From Terriglobia bacterium (GTDB lineage Bacteria > Acidobacteriota > Polarisedimenticolia > Polarisedimenticolales > JAIQFR01), in NCBI GenBank assembly GCA_963748015.1, contig CAVVHE010000005.1:192001-256000 (forward strand): 64,000 nt of DNA. Direction: 5' to 3'. This document shows positions 1-10,270 of the stretch, piece by piece. The translations under genes were made by a program, and so were the position numbers. The notes beneath the pieces are model-generated. The model did not search any database and had not been told where the DNA came from. It worked only from the letters and a program-made list of their open reading frames with translations. The stretch's first letter is position 1; each line of letters begins with the position of its first letter.

Positions 1-671
1 GCGAGCCACCTTCAATCGAGCACTATGCGCACATCCTCGACCTGACACCGTCGCAGGATGACCTCTTTGCGGGTTTCCGGCCCACCCTGCGAACTGCCAT
101 ACGCAAGGCGCAGAAGAGCGGTCTCACAGTCGAAACTGCGCGATCCTTGGAATCCATCCGCGAATTCCATCGCCTGCAGGTCATGACCCGGCGGAGGCAG
201 GGGCTGCCACCTCAGCCGGCGGGGTTCTTTGAGAAGCTTCATGAATGCTTGGTAGCCAAGAACTGTGGGGAGATTGTCCTCGCCCGGCACGGGAGAAGGG
301 CGATCGCTGGCGCGGTGTTTTTATGGCTCGGACACCGTGCAGTCTTTAAGTTCGGAGCTTCCGATCCCCGATGGCTTGCTTTTCGCTCCAACAACTTGGT
401 GATGTGGGCGGGAATTCAGTCGTGCCGGAACCACGGAATTCAGTCTTTGCATTTGGGTCGGACCTCCATTCACAATGCCGGCTTGCGTCGGTTCAAGCTG
501 GGCTGGGGGACGGTCGAAACGCCGCTGGCCTACCATCGGCGCGACTGTCGGACCAAGGCCAGGATGGAGATTCGGGAGGATGTCGCCGCATGGCAGAACC
601 GGCTTTTTTCGCGGTTGCCCTCGCCGGTTCTGCGGGCGATCGGTTCGGTCGCCTACCGTCACATCGGTTGA
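1..671 (+). CDS. FemAB-like/GNAT (Acetyltransf_6-type) protein, 5' partial
   Basis: Frame is open from base 3 (EPPSIEHYAHILDL...FRPTLRTAIRKAQKSGL). Carries Fem/GNAT-like motifs 'NNLVMWAGI' and 'LGRTSIHNAGLRRFKLGWG'. Confidence 0.8.
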   Translation, partial: EPPSIEHYAHILDLTPSQDDLFAGFRPTLRTAIRKAQKSGLTVETARSLESIREFHRLQVMTRRRQGLPPQPAGFFEKLHECLVAKNCGEIVLARHGRRAIAGAVFLWLGHRAVFKFGASDPRWLAFRSNNLVMWAGIQSCRNHGIQSLHLGRTSIHNAGLRRFKLGWGTVETPLAYHRRDCRTKARMEIREDVAAWQNRLFSRLPSPVLRAIGSVAYRHIG

Positions 672-1089
672 TCGTGCGGGTGGCCACCGCGCCTGAGCGG
701 ATTCAAGCGGGAGCCCAGGGAAAGCATTCGGAAAGAGGATGCGGTGCCGTTGGGGCCGCAGGGTGGATGGACAGAATGAAATGGTGCCGAACAATCGCGG
801 GACTGCGAAGTGACGGGGGCGAAGCCTGCCCATGCCGCACTTTTGACGCAATGAACAGGAGCAAACAGAGAGAAGAGAGCGGTTTGGCCGTACTTCCAAG
901 ATGAAGCAGGGGACGTGCAACCCGCTCCCTTCGTCAAGGAGATCTTGACGACGTGAGGCTTTTGCCGGGAGTTCTGGCACTGGGAAAACCCCATTCAGAT
1001 TCTCTGGTGCCTCCTGTTGTCAGTTGTCCCGAGCCGAAACACGCCGAGATTGTTTGCGCGTGACTGACTCTGACACCACCCTTATCCAC

Positions 1090-3360
1090 ATGGCTGAAAA
1101 CCAGCAAAATGCGCCGCAGGGGATGAATGTCCGAGACGTACTGTTCATCCTCTTCCGGCACAAGTGGAAGATCCTCATCTTCGGGGTGATGGGTCTCGCG
1201 GCCGCGGTGGCAGCCTACTTCCACTTCCAACCGGGGTACGAAGCCACGGCGAAGCTGCTGGTTCGTTATGTCACCGAGACTCGCGGCCCTGAGGTCGAGG
1301 GTGATGATCGTCGCATCATGTCACCCAGCGCCGGCGGCGACAGCATCATTGAAGCGGAGGTGCAGATCCTGACCAGCTTCGATCTGGCCCTCGAAGTCGC
1401 CCGCCGATTGGGGCCGGTGAGAATCCTGAGTGGCGCAGGTGGTGAAACCAATCTCATGTCGGCAGCCGAGGTGCTGGTCAAAGGAGTCCGCGTGGATGTC
1501 CCCCGTCGCAGTGGAGTGATGGTCGTTTCCTTCGGCCATCCAGACCCCGAGGTGGCTCGCGAGGTATTGAATCAAATCATTGAGCTCTATCTGGAGAAGC
1601 ACCTCGAAGTGCACCGGGCCGTGGGGGCCTACGAGTTCCTCTCCCGCCAGACTGATGAATTGCGTTCTCGTCTTGCCCAGACCGAAGATGATTTGAATCA
1701 GCTCAAAGCCCGGGCCAACATCGTCACGTTGGAGGAGAGCAAGCGCATGGTGAGTCTGAGGCTTGAAAACCTCCAGAGAACATTGAGTGATGCGGAAGCA
1801 GAATTGGCATCGCGCATGGCGCGCTTGCAGGAACTTCAGCCCGCGGTGGTTGCGAGCATCGAGACCATCGCAACCAATGCCACGGAACGCATTGACCCGT
1901 CGACCGTGGCCGAGTATCAAGCCATCCTGCAACGGTTGGCGGAGTTGCGCCTCAAAGCCGGCGGCTACGCCTCCATCTACACGAGCAGCAACTCGATCGT
2001 GCAGTTGACGCAACGGTTGGTGGAGGAACAGGAACGATGGAAGCGCGAGTTTGAGGCGGCGCATCCGCAGGTGCTGTTGGCTGCTCCCGTGCCGCGTGCC
2101 GATGGCAGTGTGCCCCGTAGTGATCTGGCCCTGGAACGGGCGGAAGTCGCTGCTCTCAAAGCGAGGATCACCGAGCTTCAGGCACAGTTGGATAGGGCCG
2201 GGAAAGAGGCAGAGGCCATTGCTTCGGTGGAGGCTGAGATTGTGCGGCTCGAGCGCCGGAAGGAGCTCGAAGAACAGAACTACCGCTATTTCTCCGCCAG
2301 CCTGGAGAAGGCGCGCATTGACGAGGCGCTGGATCCCACCAAAATGCCCAACATCAGCAAGGTGCAGGAGCCGGTGGTCTCCCGGGCGCGCAATCCCCAG
2401 CGCAAGAAGGTCACTCTGGGTCTGGCGGCTGCCGGCTTCGGCATCGGCATCGCGCTCGCCTTCCTGGTCGAACTCTTCATTGACCAAACCTTTAAGCGTC
2501 CCCAGGAGGTCGAGGCTCGGACCTCGCTTCGCGTTCTCATGTCCATTCCGAGACTTCGGCAATTGCGGCCCGGCCGTCTTCCAAACGGATTGCCGGAATT
2601 GTTGCCACGACCCGTATCAGTCTCCGTGGGCGAGGCTGACTCCGCGACGACCTCGGACTCCCAGCCTGTCTTGGTTGGCCAGGTGTTCGCAACCGGCCCA
2701 TCGGGAACGAGGCCGCCAGGTCATTGGCCCTCCAGCGGACCTCTTCAGTCCTATTGCGAAGCGTTGCGGGACCGCATGATCCTTTTCTTCCAACTGCGCA
2801 AGCTCGCGCACAAACCAAAGCTCGTGGCGGTCACCAGTTGCACCGCGGGCGCGGGCGGCAGCACCATTGCGGCCGGCCTGGCTGCTTCCTTGTCCGAGAC
2901 GGGCGACGGCAAGGTGTTGCTGGTGGACATGAATGTAGGCAAGGGTGCGGTCCATCCCTTCTACCGCGGCTGCCTCGCGCCGGCCCTTCCTGAAACCTTA
3001 AATGGGGATAAACCTCAGCACGCGATGTTGAATGAGAATCTCTATGTGGCTTCGGCGGGGGACGGCGCCAGCAATCTTTCGCTGATGTTGCCGCGGCGGT
3101 TCGGGGACTTGGTTCCCAAGATGCGGGCCAGCGATTATGATTACATCATTTTTGACATGCCACCCATTTCCCAGACGGCCTCCACGCTCACGCTTTCCTC
3201 GTTCATGGACCAGGTGCTGATGGTGATTGAGGCCGAGAAAACGCCCAGGGACAGTGTGCGGAAAGCGGCTGCCCTTCTTCAGCAGACGGGCACAAATGTC
3301 TTTGGCGTGTTCAACAAGAGTTCCTCGTATGGCCCCGATTGGGTGCAGCCCGAGTCGTGA
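1090..3360 (+). CDS. Wzc/GumC-like polysaccharide co-polymerase with a BY-kinase-like C-terminal domain
   Basis: N-terminal Wzz-like segment 'RDVLFILFRHKWKI' with TM helix, long coiled coil, second TM, then P-loop-like 'VTSCTAGAGGST', 'VLLVDMN' and 'YIIFDMPP'. ATG at 1090. Confidence 0.88.
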   Translation: MAENQQNAPQGMNVRDVLFILFRHKWKILIFGVMGLAAAVAAYFHFQPGYEATAKLLVRYVTETRGPEVEGDDRRIMSPSAGGDSIIEAEVQILTSFDLALEVARRLGPVRILSGAGGETNLMSAAEVLVKGVRVDVPRRSGVMVVSFGHPDPEVAREVLNQIIELYLEKHLEVHRAVGAYEFLSRQTDELRSRLAQTEDDLNQLKARANIVTLEESKRMVSLRLENLQRTLSDAEAELASRMARLQELQPAVVASIETIATNATERIDPSTVAEYQAILQRLAELRLKAGGYASIYTSSNSIVQLTQRLVEEQERWKREFEAAHPQVLLAAPVPRADGSVPRSDLALERAEVAALKARITELQAQLDRAGKEAEAIASVEAEIVRLERRKELEEQNYRYFSASLEKARIDEALDPTKMPNISKVQEPVVSRARNPQRKKVTLGLAAAGFGIGIALAFLVELFIDQTFKRPQEVEARTSLRVLMSIPRLRQLRPGRLPNGLPELLPRPVSVSVGEADSATTSDSQPVLVGQVFATGPSGTRPPGHWPSSGPLQSYCEALRDRMILFFQLRKLAHKPKLVAVTSCTAGAGGSTIAAGLAASLSETGDGKVLLVDMNVGKGAVHPFYRGCLAPALPETLNGDKPQHAMLNENLYVASAGDGASNLSLMLPRRFGDLVPKMRASDYDYIIFDMPPISQTASTLTLSSFMDQVLMVIEAEKTPRDSVRKAAALLQQTGTNVFGVFNKSSSYGPDWVQPES

Positions 3361-3483
3361 ATCAGGGGGGGGTGCACAAGGCGTCGAAGCGATGATGTTC
3401 AATTGCCTGCAGAGACAAGAGACCTGATTTCGCCGTGAAGCTTGTTTTGGCCGTCGGGCTTGAAGCTCAGTCAGCCAGCAGAA

Positions 3484-4560
3484 ATGCTCCGCAATCGAAT
3501 TTACTATGCTCTGAAGCCTTGGCTGCCGCGGCCGTTCCGCATCGGCTTGCGTCGTGCCTACGCCCGCAGCATCAGGAAACAGTCTGAGGGCCGCTGGCCG
3601 ATCCTCGAGTCGGCAGGGGTCGAGCCTGAGGGGTGGTCGGGGTGGCCGAATGGCAAGGAGTTTGCAGTGGTGCTCACCCATGATGTTGAGTCGCAGGAAG
3701 GACTCGACAGAGTGCAGAAACTAGCGAAGCTCGAAACGTCCATGGGGTTCCGCTCGGCTTTCTTCCTTATCCCGGCTGGGCCGTATCAAGCCCCGAGAGA
3801 AACCCTCACTTGGCTTACAGAGGACGGCTTCGAGGTTGGTGTTCACGACTGCCATCATGATGGCAGGCTATTCCAGTCACGGAGAATCTTCGATGATCAA
3901 TCGCGTCTGATCAACGCGAGCCTGATGGATTGGAAAGCAGTCGGATTTCGGTCTGGCTTTATGCTTCATAACCTGGACTGGATTCAACATCTGGACGTTC
4001 TTTACGACGCCTCGACCTTCGACACGGATCCCTTCGAGCCCCAACCGGAAGGTGTCGGCACCATCTTCCCCTTCTGGGTCCCAGGACCGAATCGCGTGCG
4101 TGTTGCGTCTGACTCTCGACCCTCAACCCTCAACTCTCAACCGTTTGGAACTCTTCGTTCTGGCTACGTCGAACTCCCGACCACCCTCGTGCAGGATTTC
4201 AACCTGTTCATCATCCTCCGGGAGCAGAGTATCAAAATCTGGAAACAGAAGACCCGCTGGATCGCCGCTCACGGAGGCATGGTGCTTTTGAACGTTCACC
4301 CGGACTACGCTTGCTTTGAAGGTAATTCCCGGAGGTGGATGGAGTATGACGCCTCCTTATACCGTGATTACCTGAGATGGCTGAAGGCGGAGTATGATGG
4401 TGCCTTTTGGCACGCCTTGCCTCGTGAGGTCGCGACGTTCAGCCGCGCGGCCCGGAGCGGGTTGCCGCCGACGGATGCGGTGGATCGGGCGAACCTCTTC
4501 GGTGCAGATCAAACCGTCGAAAGCGAAGCATTGCCGATTCGGTGTCCATCGACGTCATGA
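3484..4560 (+). CDS. Polysaccharide deacetylase-fold (CE4-like) protein
   Basis: Motifs 'VVLTHDVE', 'EVGVHDCHH', 'GFRS', 'YDAS', 'NVHPDY'. Stop overlaps the next ATG (ATGA). Confidence 0.78.
   Translation: MLRNRIYYALKPWLPRPFRIGLRRAYARSIRKQSEGRWPILESAGVEPEGWSGWPNGKEFAVVLTHDVESQEGLDRVQKLAKLETSMGFRSAFFLIPAGPYQAPRETLTWLTEDGFEVGVHDCHHDGRLFQSRRIFDDQSRLINASLMDWKAVGFRSGFMLHNLDWIQHLDVLYDASTFDTDPFEPQPEGVGTIFPFWVPGPNRVRVASDSRPSTLNSQPFGTLRSGYVELPTTLVQDFNLFIILREQSIKIWKQKTRWIAAHGGMVLLNVHPDYACFEGNSRRWMEYDASLYRDYLRWLKAEYDGAFWHALPREVATFSRAARSGLPPTDAVDRANLFGADQTVESEALPIRCPSTS
4113..4142 (+). repeat. Tandem 7-mer repeat (ctctcga-ccctcaa-ccctcaa-ctctcaa-cc) inside the CDS
   Basis: Read directly from the sequence. 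Encodes SRPSTLNSQP. Confidence 0.7.
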
Positions 4561-5612
4561 AGATTGTAACGATCGTGGGGGCGCGGCCCCAGTTCATCAA
4601 GGCCGCCGCCCTGAGCCGGGAAGTGCGGAGGTGCCATCAGGAATACCTGGTCCACACGGGGCAACACTACGACTACTCCATGTCGGGCGTGTTTTTCGAC
4701 GGTCTTGAATTGCCTCCCGCGGATGTGAACTTGGGCGTTGGTTCCGGACCTCACGGGGCTCAAACCGGGGCCATGCTCCAGGGCATTGAAGGGGTCATCC
4801 TACGCGAGCGCCCGCACTGGGTGCTGGTCTACGGTGATACGAATTCCACGCTCGCAGGGGCGCTGGCGGCGTCGAAACTGCACGTGCCGGTGGTCCACGT
4901 CGAGGCGGGCCTTCGGAGTTACAACCGGCGTATGCCCGAGGAAATCAACCGGGTGGTCACCGACCACCTCTCACGATTGCTGCTCTGTCCCAGCGCCACC
5001 GCGGTTCGTAATCTCGAGCGGGAAGGAATCACCAATGGGGTTCACCCTGTGGGGGATGTAATGCTGGACGTGCTCAACTGGGCGCAGGCTCAGGCGAATA
5101 ACCGACGTGGGCCTCTCCTCACCCGATTGGGGATCACCGAACAGCGATATCTGGTCGCCACCTTACACCGCAGCGAGAACACGGACGACCTCGCGAAACT
5201 CAGCAGCGTCATGAAGGCATTCAACTCGTTGGATGAGCCCGTTGTGTTCCCGGTGCATCCGCGGACCCGAAATGCACTGAAGCATCTTGCGGCAGACATA
5301 AAGAGCCATGTTCGGCTGATTGACCCCCTCAGCTATATCGACATGGTGGCGCTGACCGCATCAGCTCGCATGATTCTGACCGATTCTGGAGGCCTTCAAA
5401 AGGAGGCTTACTGGCTGGGTGTCCCCTGCGTCACACTGCGTGAAGAAACCGAGTGGGTCGAAACCGTCCAGGCTGGCTGGAACTTCTTGGTTGGGGCCGA
5501 TGAGGCCAGGATCATTGAGGCAGTCCAGTCTTTCCGACCGCACTCTGCGCGGGCCGCTTTGTATGGGGATGGGGGGGGGGTTTCAGCACGAAGCGTTGAG
5601 CTCCTGGGCTGA
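4557..5612 (+). CDS. wecB: Non-hydrolysing UDP-GlcNAc 2-epimerase family (WecB; WbpI-like by context)
   Basis: Motifs '[10 protein letters not shown]', 'HTGQHYD', 'GDTNST', 'HVEAGLRS', 'MPEEINR', '[10 protein letters not shown]'. Confidence 0.92.
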   Translation: MKIVTIVGARPQFIKAAALSREVRRCHQEYLVHTGQHYDYSMSGVFFDGLELPPADVNLGVGSGPHGAQTGAMLQGIEGVILRERPHWVLVYGDTNSTLAGALAASKLHVPVVHVEAGLRSYNRRMPEEINRVVTDHLSRLLLCPSATAVRNLEREGITNGVHPVGDVMLDVLNWAQAQANNRRGPLLTRLGITEQRYLVATLHRSENTDDLAKLSSVMKAFNSLDEPVVFPVHPRTRNALKHLAADIKSHVRLIDPLSYIDMVALTASARMILTDSGGLQKEAYWLGVPCVTLREETEWVETVQAGWNFLVGADEARIIEAVQSFRPHSARAALYGDGGGVSARSVELLG

Positions 5613-5635
5613 ATGTCACACAAGAAGGGAACACT

Positions 5636-7324
5636 GTGAAAGTACCAGACGAATCAATTTCCCCGCATCGAGTAGCTGTGGTAGGCATGGGGTACTGGGG
5701 CAAGAACCTCGTGCGGAACTTTCACGAACTCGGCGTCCTCGCTGCGGTCTGTGACTCCGACCCGGCAGTGGAGGGCAGTCTGCGGCAGCAGTACGGGGCC
5801 GTGCGGTATTGTGCCAGCTATGCGGCGCTGCTGGCGGACCCGGCCATTACGGCCGTGGCCCTGGCGACTCCGGCGATCAGCCACTTTGAAATGGCCCGGG
5901 CCGCCATGAAGGCGGGCAAGGATGTATTCGTCGAGAAACCGCTGGCGATCGAGGTGGTGCAGGGGCAAGAACTCGTGCGACTTGCGGAGAGGGAACGCCG
6001 CGTCCTCATGGTCGGGCACATCCTGCGCTTCCACCCCGCCGTCCTCCGTTTGCAGGAAATGATTCGTGCCGGCGCCCTTGGCGACATTCGTTACCTCTAC
6101 TCGAACCGGTTGAACATCGGGAAGATCCGCAGCGAAGAAAACATTCTGTGGAGTTTTGCGCCGCACGACATCTCGGTGATTCTGGCGTTGCTGAACGAAT
6201 TCCCGAGCCGCGTTGTCTGCCAGGGTGGCGCCCACCTGAATCGGCATGTCTACGATGTGACCTTGAGTCAATTCGAGTTCCCCAGCGGGGTGCAGGCGCA
6301 CATCTTCGTGAGCTGGTTGCATCCCATCAAGGAACAGCGTTTGGTTCTTGTGGGCTCGGAGCAGATGGCCGTCTTCGATGACACCGCCCAGGACAAACTG
6401 ATGTTGTATCCACACAAGGTAGAATGGCGCAACCGGGTGCCCACCGCAATTAAGGCCAATGGACAGGCGGTGGCCTTGGAACCCAAGGAGCCGCTAAGGG
6501 AGGAATGTTGTCATTTCCTGAAGTGCCTCGCGACGCGGCAATCCCCCGTCACCAATGGCGAGGAGGGACTGCGCGTTCTCGGAGTTCTGGATGCCTGCCA
6601 GCGGTCACTGCTCATGAATGGCATCGCCATCGAGATGGGGAATCGGGCGGTGGAGCCTCCCCCACCAGCCCCACCCTGCTTTGCCCACGAGTCCGCTTAC
6701 ATCGACCCGGGCGCCGAGATCGGGGCTGGCAGCAAGATCTGGCACTTCTCGCACGTGATGAAAGGAGCCCGCATCGGTGAGCGTTGCATCCTGGGTCAGA
6801 ACGTCAACGTTGACAGCGGGACAGTGATTGGGAACAACGTGAAGATCCAAAACAATGTTTCCGTATACACCGGAACTGTCATCGAGGACGACGTCTTTCT
6901 AGGTCCCTCCTGCGTCCTGACCAATGTCACCAATCCGCGTGCGCAGGTAAACCGGCATTCACTTTACGAGCGGACGACCCTTCGGCGAGGCTGCACCATC
7001 GGCGCCAACGCGACCATCGTGTGCGGCGTGACTGTGGGTCGCTATGCCTTCGTTGGGGCCGGGGCGGTGGTCACCCGGGACGTGCCCGATTACGCCCTCG
7101 TAGTGGGCAATCCGGCCCGGCAGATCGGCTGGATGAGCCGGCAGGGCCACCGATTGAACGGCGCCGATGCAGAGGGGGTGAGCCGGTGTCTGGAAACCGG
7201 GTATCGTTACCAGGAGTCTTCGCCGGGGGTTCTGCGTTGCCTCGACTTGGACGAGGAAGCGCCCCTGCCGGCCCCGTTCACCAAAGGCACGAAGTCCTAT
7301 CACGAACTCAAGCGGAGCCATTGA
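5636..7324 (+). CDS. Fusion of a Gfo/Idh/MocA dehydrogenase (WbpB-like) and a hexapeptide N-acetyltransferase (WbpD-like)
   Basis: N-terminal 'VVGMGYWG' and 'VEKP', Pro-rich linker, then 'KIWHFSHV', '[10 protein letters not shown]', '[10 protein letters not shown]', 'GNPARQIGW'. Confidence 0.88.
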   Translation: MKVPDESISPHRVAVVGMGYWGKNLVRNFHELGVLAAVCDSDPAVEGSLRQQYGAVRYCASYAALLADPAITAVALATPAISHFEMARAAMKAGKDVFVEKPLAIEVVQGQELVRLAERERRVLMVGHILRFHPAVLRLQEMIRAGALGDIRYLYSNRLNIGKIRSEENILWSFAPHDISVILALLNEFPSRVVCQGGAHLNRHVYDVTLSQFEFPSGVQAHIFVSWLHPIKEQRLVLVGSEQMAVFDDTAQDKLMLYPHKVEWRNRVPTAIKANGQAVALEPKEPLREECCHFLKCLATRQSPVTNGEEGLRVLGVLDACQRSLLMNGIAIEMGNRAVEPPPPAPPCFAHESAYIDPGAEIGAGSKIWHFSHVMKGARIGERCILGQNVNVDSGTVIGNNVKIQNNVSVYTGTVIEDDVFLGPSCVLTNVTNPRAQVNRHSLYERTTLRRGCTIGANATIVCGVTVGRYAFVGAGAVVTRDVPDYALVVGNPARQIGWMSRQGHRLNGADAEGVSRCLETGYRYQESSPGVLRCLDLDEEAPLPAPFTKGTKSYHELKRSH

Positions 7325-7326
7325 TC

Positions 7327-8529
7327 ATGAATGTCCCATTGCTCGACCTGAAGGCGCAATTTGCCACCATTCGGCCGGATGTCGAAAAGGCGGTGGCGGC
7401 GGTCTTCGAATCCCAGCACTTCATCCTCGGGCCGCAGGTGAAGGAATGCGAGGAAGCCATCGCCACTTACAGCCGATGCTCGCATGCCATCGGGGTCTCC
7501 TCGGGAACCGATGCGCTGCTCATCTGTCTCATGGCGGAAGGCATCGGCCGGGGGGATGAGGTCATCACGACGCCCTACACCTTCTTCGCCACCGCGGGAT
7601 GCATAGCGCGCGTCGGCGCGACGCCCGTGTTTGTGGACATTGACCCGGCAACCTATAATTTGGACGTAGCCCAGATTGAGGCGAAAATCACCTCCAAGAC
7701 TCGCGCGATCGTGCCAGTGCATTTGTACGGTCAGATGGCCGACATGGACCCAGTCATGCAAATCGCAGGGCGGCATCGACTGGTCGTGATCGAGGACGCC
7801 GCCCAAGCGATTGGTGCCGAATACAAAGCAAGACGAGCCGGTTCAGTCGGTCACTATGGGTGTTTCTCATTCTTCCCTTCGAAGAACCTAGGTGCTGCGG
7901 GTGACGGTGGCATGGTGGTGACGAACGACCCCGCACGGGCCGAGAACCTGAGACGGCTACGCGCCCACGGCTCCAAGCCAAAGTATTACCATAAGGTCGT
8001 GGGAGGCAATTTCCGGCTCGACACCCTGCAAGCCGCCGTGGTCACTGCCAAGTTGCCATATCTCGACGGATGGACTGAGGCCAGGCAGCGGAACGCATCC
8101 ACCTATGACCGACTCTTTTGGGGATCAGGGTTGCGTGTGGCGGGATCGGACCATCCCATGAATCTCCGGGCAGGAAGCTCGATCGAACGCTTCAGTTCCG
8201 AAGGGCCGCAGATCTACCTGCCGAAGATCCAAACTGACCGGCACATCTTCAACCAGTACGTCATCCGTGTGCAGCATCGCGACCGATTGAAGTTCGCCTT
8301 GCAGGAAAAGGGCATTAGCACCGAAATCTATTACCCGGTTCCGATGCACCTCCAGGAGTGTTTCGTCTACCTCGGAGGAAAGGAGGGAGCGTTCCCTGAG
8401 AGTGAAACCGCCGCGCAGCAAACCCTGGCGCTTCCCGTCTACCCCGAACTCAGCGACGACCAGGCGGCTTATGTGGTCAACACCGTTCGAGAGGCACTTG
8501 GTCGAACCAGCCCGCGTTGCGTTTCTTAG
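7327..8529 (+). CDS. DegT/DnrJ/EryC1/StrS PLP-dependent sugar aminotransferase (WbpE-like)
   Basis: Motifs 'MNVPLLDLKAQ', 'SSGTDAL', 'PVHLYGQ', 'IEDAAQA', 'SFFPSKNLG'. ATG at 7327. Confidence 0.92.
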   Translation: MNVPLLDLKAQFATIRPDVEKAVAAVFESQHFILGPQVKECEEAIATYSRCSHAIGVSSGTDALLICLMAEGIGRGDEVITTPYTFFATAGCIARVGATPVFVDIDPATYNLDVAQIEAKITSKTRAIVPVHLYGQMADMDPVMQIAGRHRLVVIEDAAQAIGAEYKARRAGSVGHYGCFSFFPSKNLGAAGDGGMVVTNDPARAENLRRLRAHGSKPKYYHKVVGGNFRLDTLQAAVVTAKLPYLDGWTEARQRNASTYDRLFWGSGLRVAGSDHPMNLRAGSSIERFSSEGPQIYLPKIQTDRHIFNQYVIRVQHRDRLKFALQEKGISTEIYYPVPMHLQECFVYLGGKEGAFPESETAAQQTLALPVYPELSDDQAAYVVNTVREALGRTSPRCVS

Positions 8530-8554
8530 CACCGCCCCCTTGTGGTTCCCCCGA

Positions 8555-10264
8555 ATGATTGGAGTCATGTACAGTGAGGATGAAGCCCGATGCGTCCGGG
8601 AGTTCTTCGAGCTTTTCAAGACGCCGTGGGAGCCTTACAAGCCGAGCCGCTCCTACGACGTGATCGTTACAACACTTACCGACGTCCCGGAAACCAGTGC
8701 CGGCGTTCTGCTCATTTTTTGTTCGGACGTCTGTCCTCTTGACAGGGAATTGGGCCTAGACCCTGAAGGACGCTTGCAAGCACCGTTGCTCGCGTGTGGG
8801 GAAGACCGCCTGCCTGTCTACGGAGCCGTTGCGACGTTCCGTACCGATGGTCCGGGAATGCCGTGTGTTGCGGCCGGAGACCGGGGCGCTGGGTTCCGCG
8901 TGGAAGTGGGCGATCAATGTATCTTTCGTCTAGGATACAACCTGTTTCGCGAAGTGGAGCACCTTCTCAACCATGGTCAACCTGTTCAGAACGCTCCGGT
9001 TCCTTCACTCGATTTGCACATCGCTTGGTTGCGCAAGTGGATTCTTGACGGAGGTTTCCCGCTGATTGAAATCGCCCCCTCGCCATGGGGCTGCCGGTTC
9101 AGCGTGTGCCTGACCCATGACATTGATTTCATCGGTATCCGCCAGCACCTGTTCGACCATACGATGTGGGGGTTTGTTTACCGCGCGAGCCTCGGAGCAA
9201 CCGCGGACTTTCTGGGAGGCAGGAAATCTCTGCGCCGCCTCCTTGCTTGCTGGTGGGCGGTCTGCAAACTGCCGTTTGTCTATCTTGGCATCGTGCGGGA
9301 TTTCTGGCTTCCCTTCGACTGGCTCCTGACTGTTGAGAAAGGTCTTCCGGCAACCTATTTCCTGATTCCGTTCAAGGGTCGTCCCGGCGAGAGGGTTTCC
9401 GCACCACATCCCGAACGGCGAGCCACAGCATACGACCTGGGTGACATCCCTGATTGGATTCGCAGACTAAGGGCCGAAGGGTGTGAAGTGGGAATCCACG
9501 GGATTGACGCGTGGCACAGTGTCGAGCTGGGGCGGGCGGAATTGAATCGGCTGGCCGAAGAATCTCCTGGCGACAAGTTGGGCATTCGCATGCATTGGCT
9601 GCTTTACGCCGCACTCAGTGCGAAGGTGATCGAGGCGGCCGGTTACGATTATGATGCCACGATGGGCTACAACGAGACCCCAGGCTACCGGTCAGGGACC
9701 ACCCAGCCGTACCAGCCGTTTGATGTCCAGGATTTACTGGAGCTTCCTCTGCACATTCAGGATGGCGCGCTGTTTTATCCCAAGCGCATGGGACTGGCCG
9801 AAGGTGAGGCTTGGGAGGTCTGCCAGTCCATGATTACCCACACCGAGGCACACGGCGGGGTGTTGACCGTGTTATGGCATGATCGGAGCCATGGACCGGA
9901 GCGATTCTGGGGTGAGTTCTATCGACGGCTGGTGGCCGCCCTCAAGCAACGAGCCCCGTGGTTCTGCACCGCAGGCCAGGCCGTCGACTGGCATAGAGCC
10001 CGGCGTTCCGTCCGGTTCGAGCGTCAGGCCAAAGACGATCGGGGCAGGAAAATCCGAGCCCTCCCGGGGCAGCGAACTCCCTCTCGGCCATTCAGAGTGC
10101 TTGCATACCCCGCTGCCAAGCGTTGCGGACAGCAGGGATTCCGTGTCCAGCCGCGCGAGATCAAGTGGTCAGGCGAAGCCCCTTTGGATCTCTCACCGTG
10201 GATCCCTGATGACTCCGAAGCTGCCATGGTCGGGCGCAGTGCGGGACTCCGCAGACTTTCCTGA
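8555..10264 (+). CDS. Polysaccharide deacetylase-fold protein with N-terminal extension
   Basis: Motifs 'CLTHDID', 'EVGIHG', 'GIRMHWL', 'YDATMGY', 'LPLHIQD', 'VLWH'. Confidence 0.75.
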   Translation: MIGVMYSEDEARCVREFFELFKTPWEPYKPSRSYDVIVTTLTDVPETSAGVLLIFCSDVCPLDRELGLDPEGRLQAPLLACGEDRLPVYGAVATFRTDGPGMPCVAAGDRGAGFRVEVGDQCIFRLGYNLFREVEHLLNHGQPVQNAPVPSLDLHIAWLRKWILDGGFPLIEIAPSPWGCRFSVCLTHDIDFIGIRQHLFDHTMWGFVYRASLGATADFLGGRKSLRRLLACWWAVCKLPFVYLGIVRDFWLPFDWLLTVEKGLPATYFLIPFKGRPGERVSAPHPERRATAYDLGDIPDWIRRLRAEGCEVGIHGIDAWHSVELGRAELNRLAEESPGDKLGIRMHWLLYAALSAKVIEAAGYDYDATMGYNETPGYRSGTTQPYQPFDVQDLLELPLHIQDGALFYPKRMGLAEGEAWEVCQSMITHTEAHGGVLTVLWHDRSHGPERFWGEFYRRLVAALKQRAPWFCTAGQAVDWHRARRSVRFERQAKDDRGRKIRALPGQRTPSRPFRVLAYPAAKRCGQQGFRVQPREIKWSGEAPLDLSPWIPDDSEAAMVGRSAGLRRLS

Positions 10265-10270
10265 ACTGCC

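Noticed and set aside
714..750. CAGGGAAAGCATTCGGAAAGAGGATGC resembles the first stem of a c-di-GMP-I riboswitch upstream of wzc
   Set aside because: The following GACGCAAAG segment and second stem are absent. It needs an Infernal search and cannot be supported by eye.
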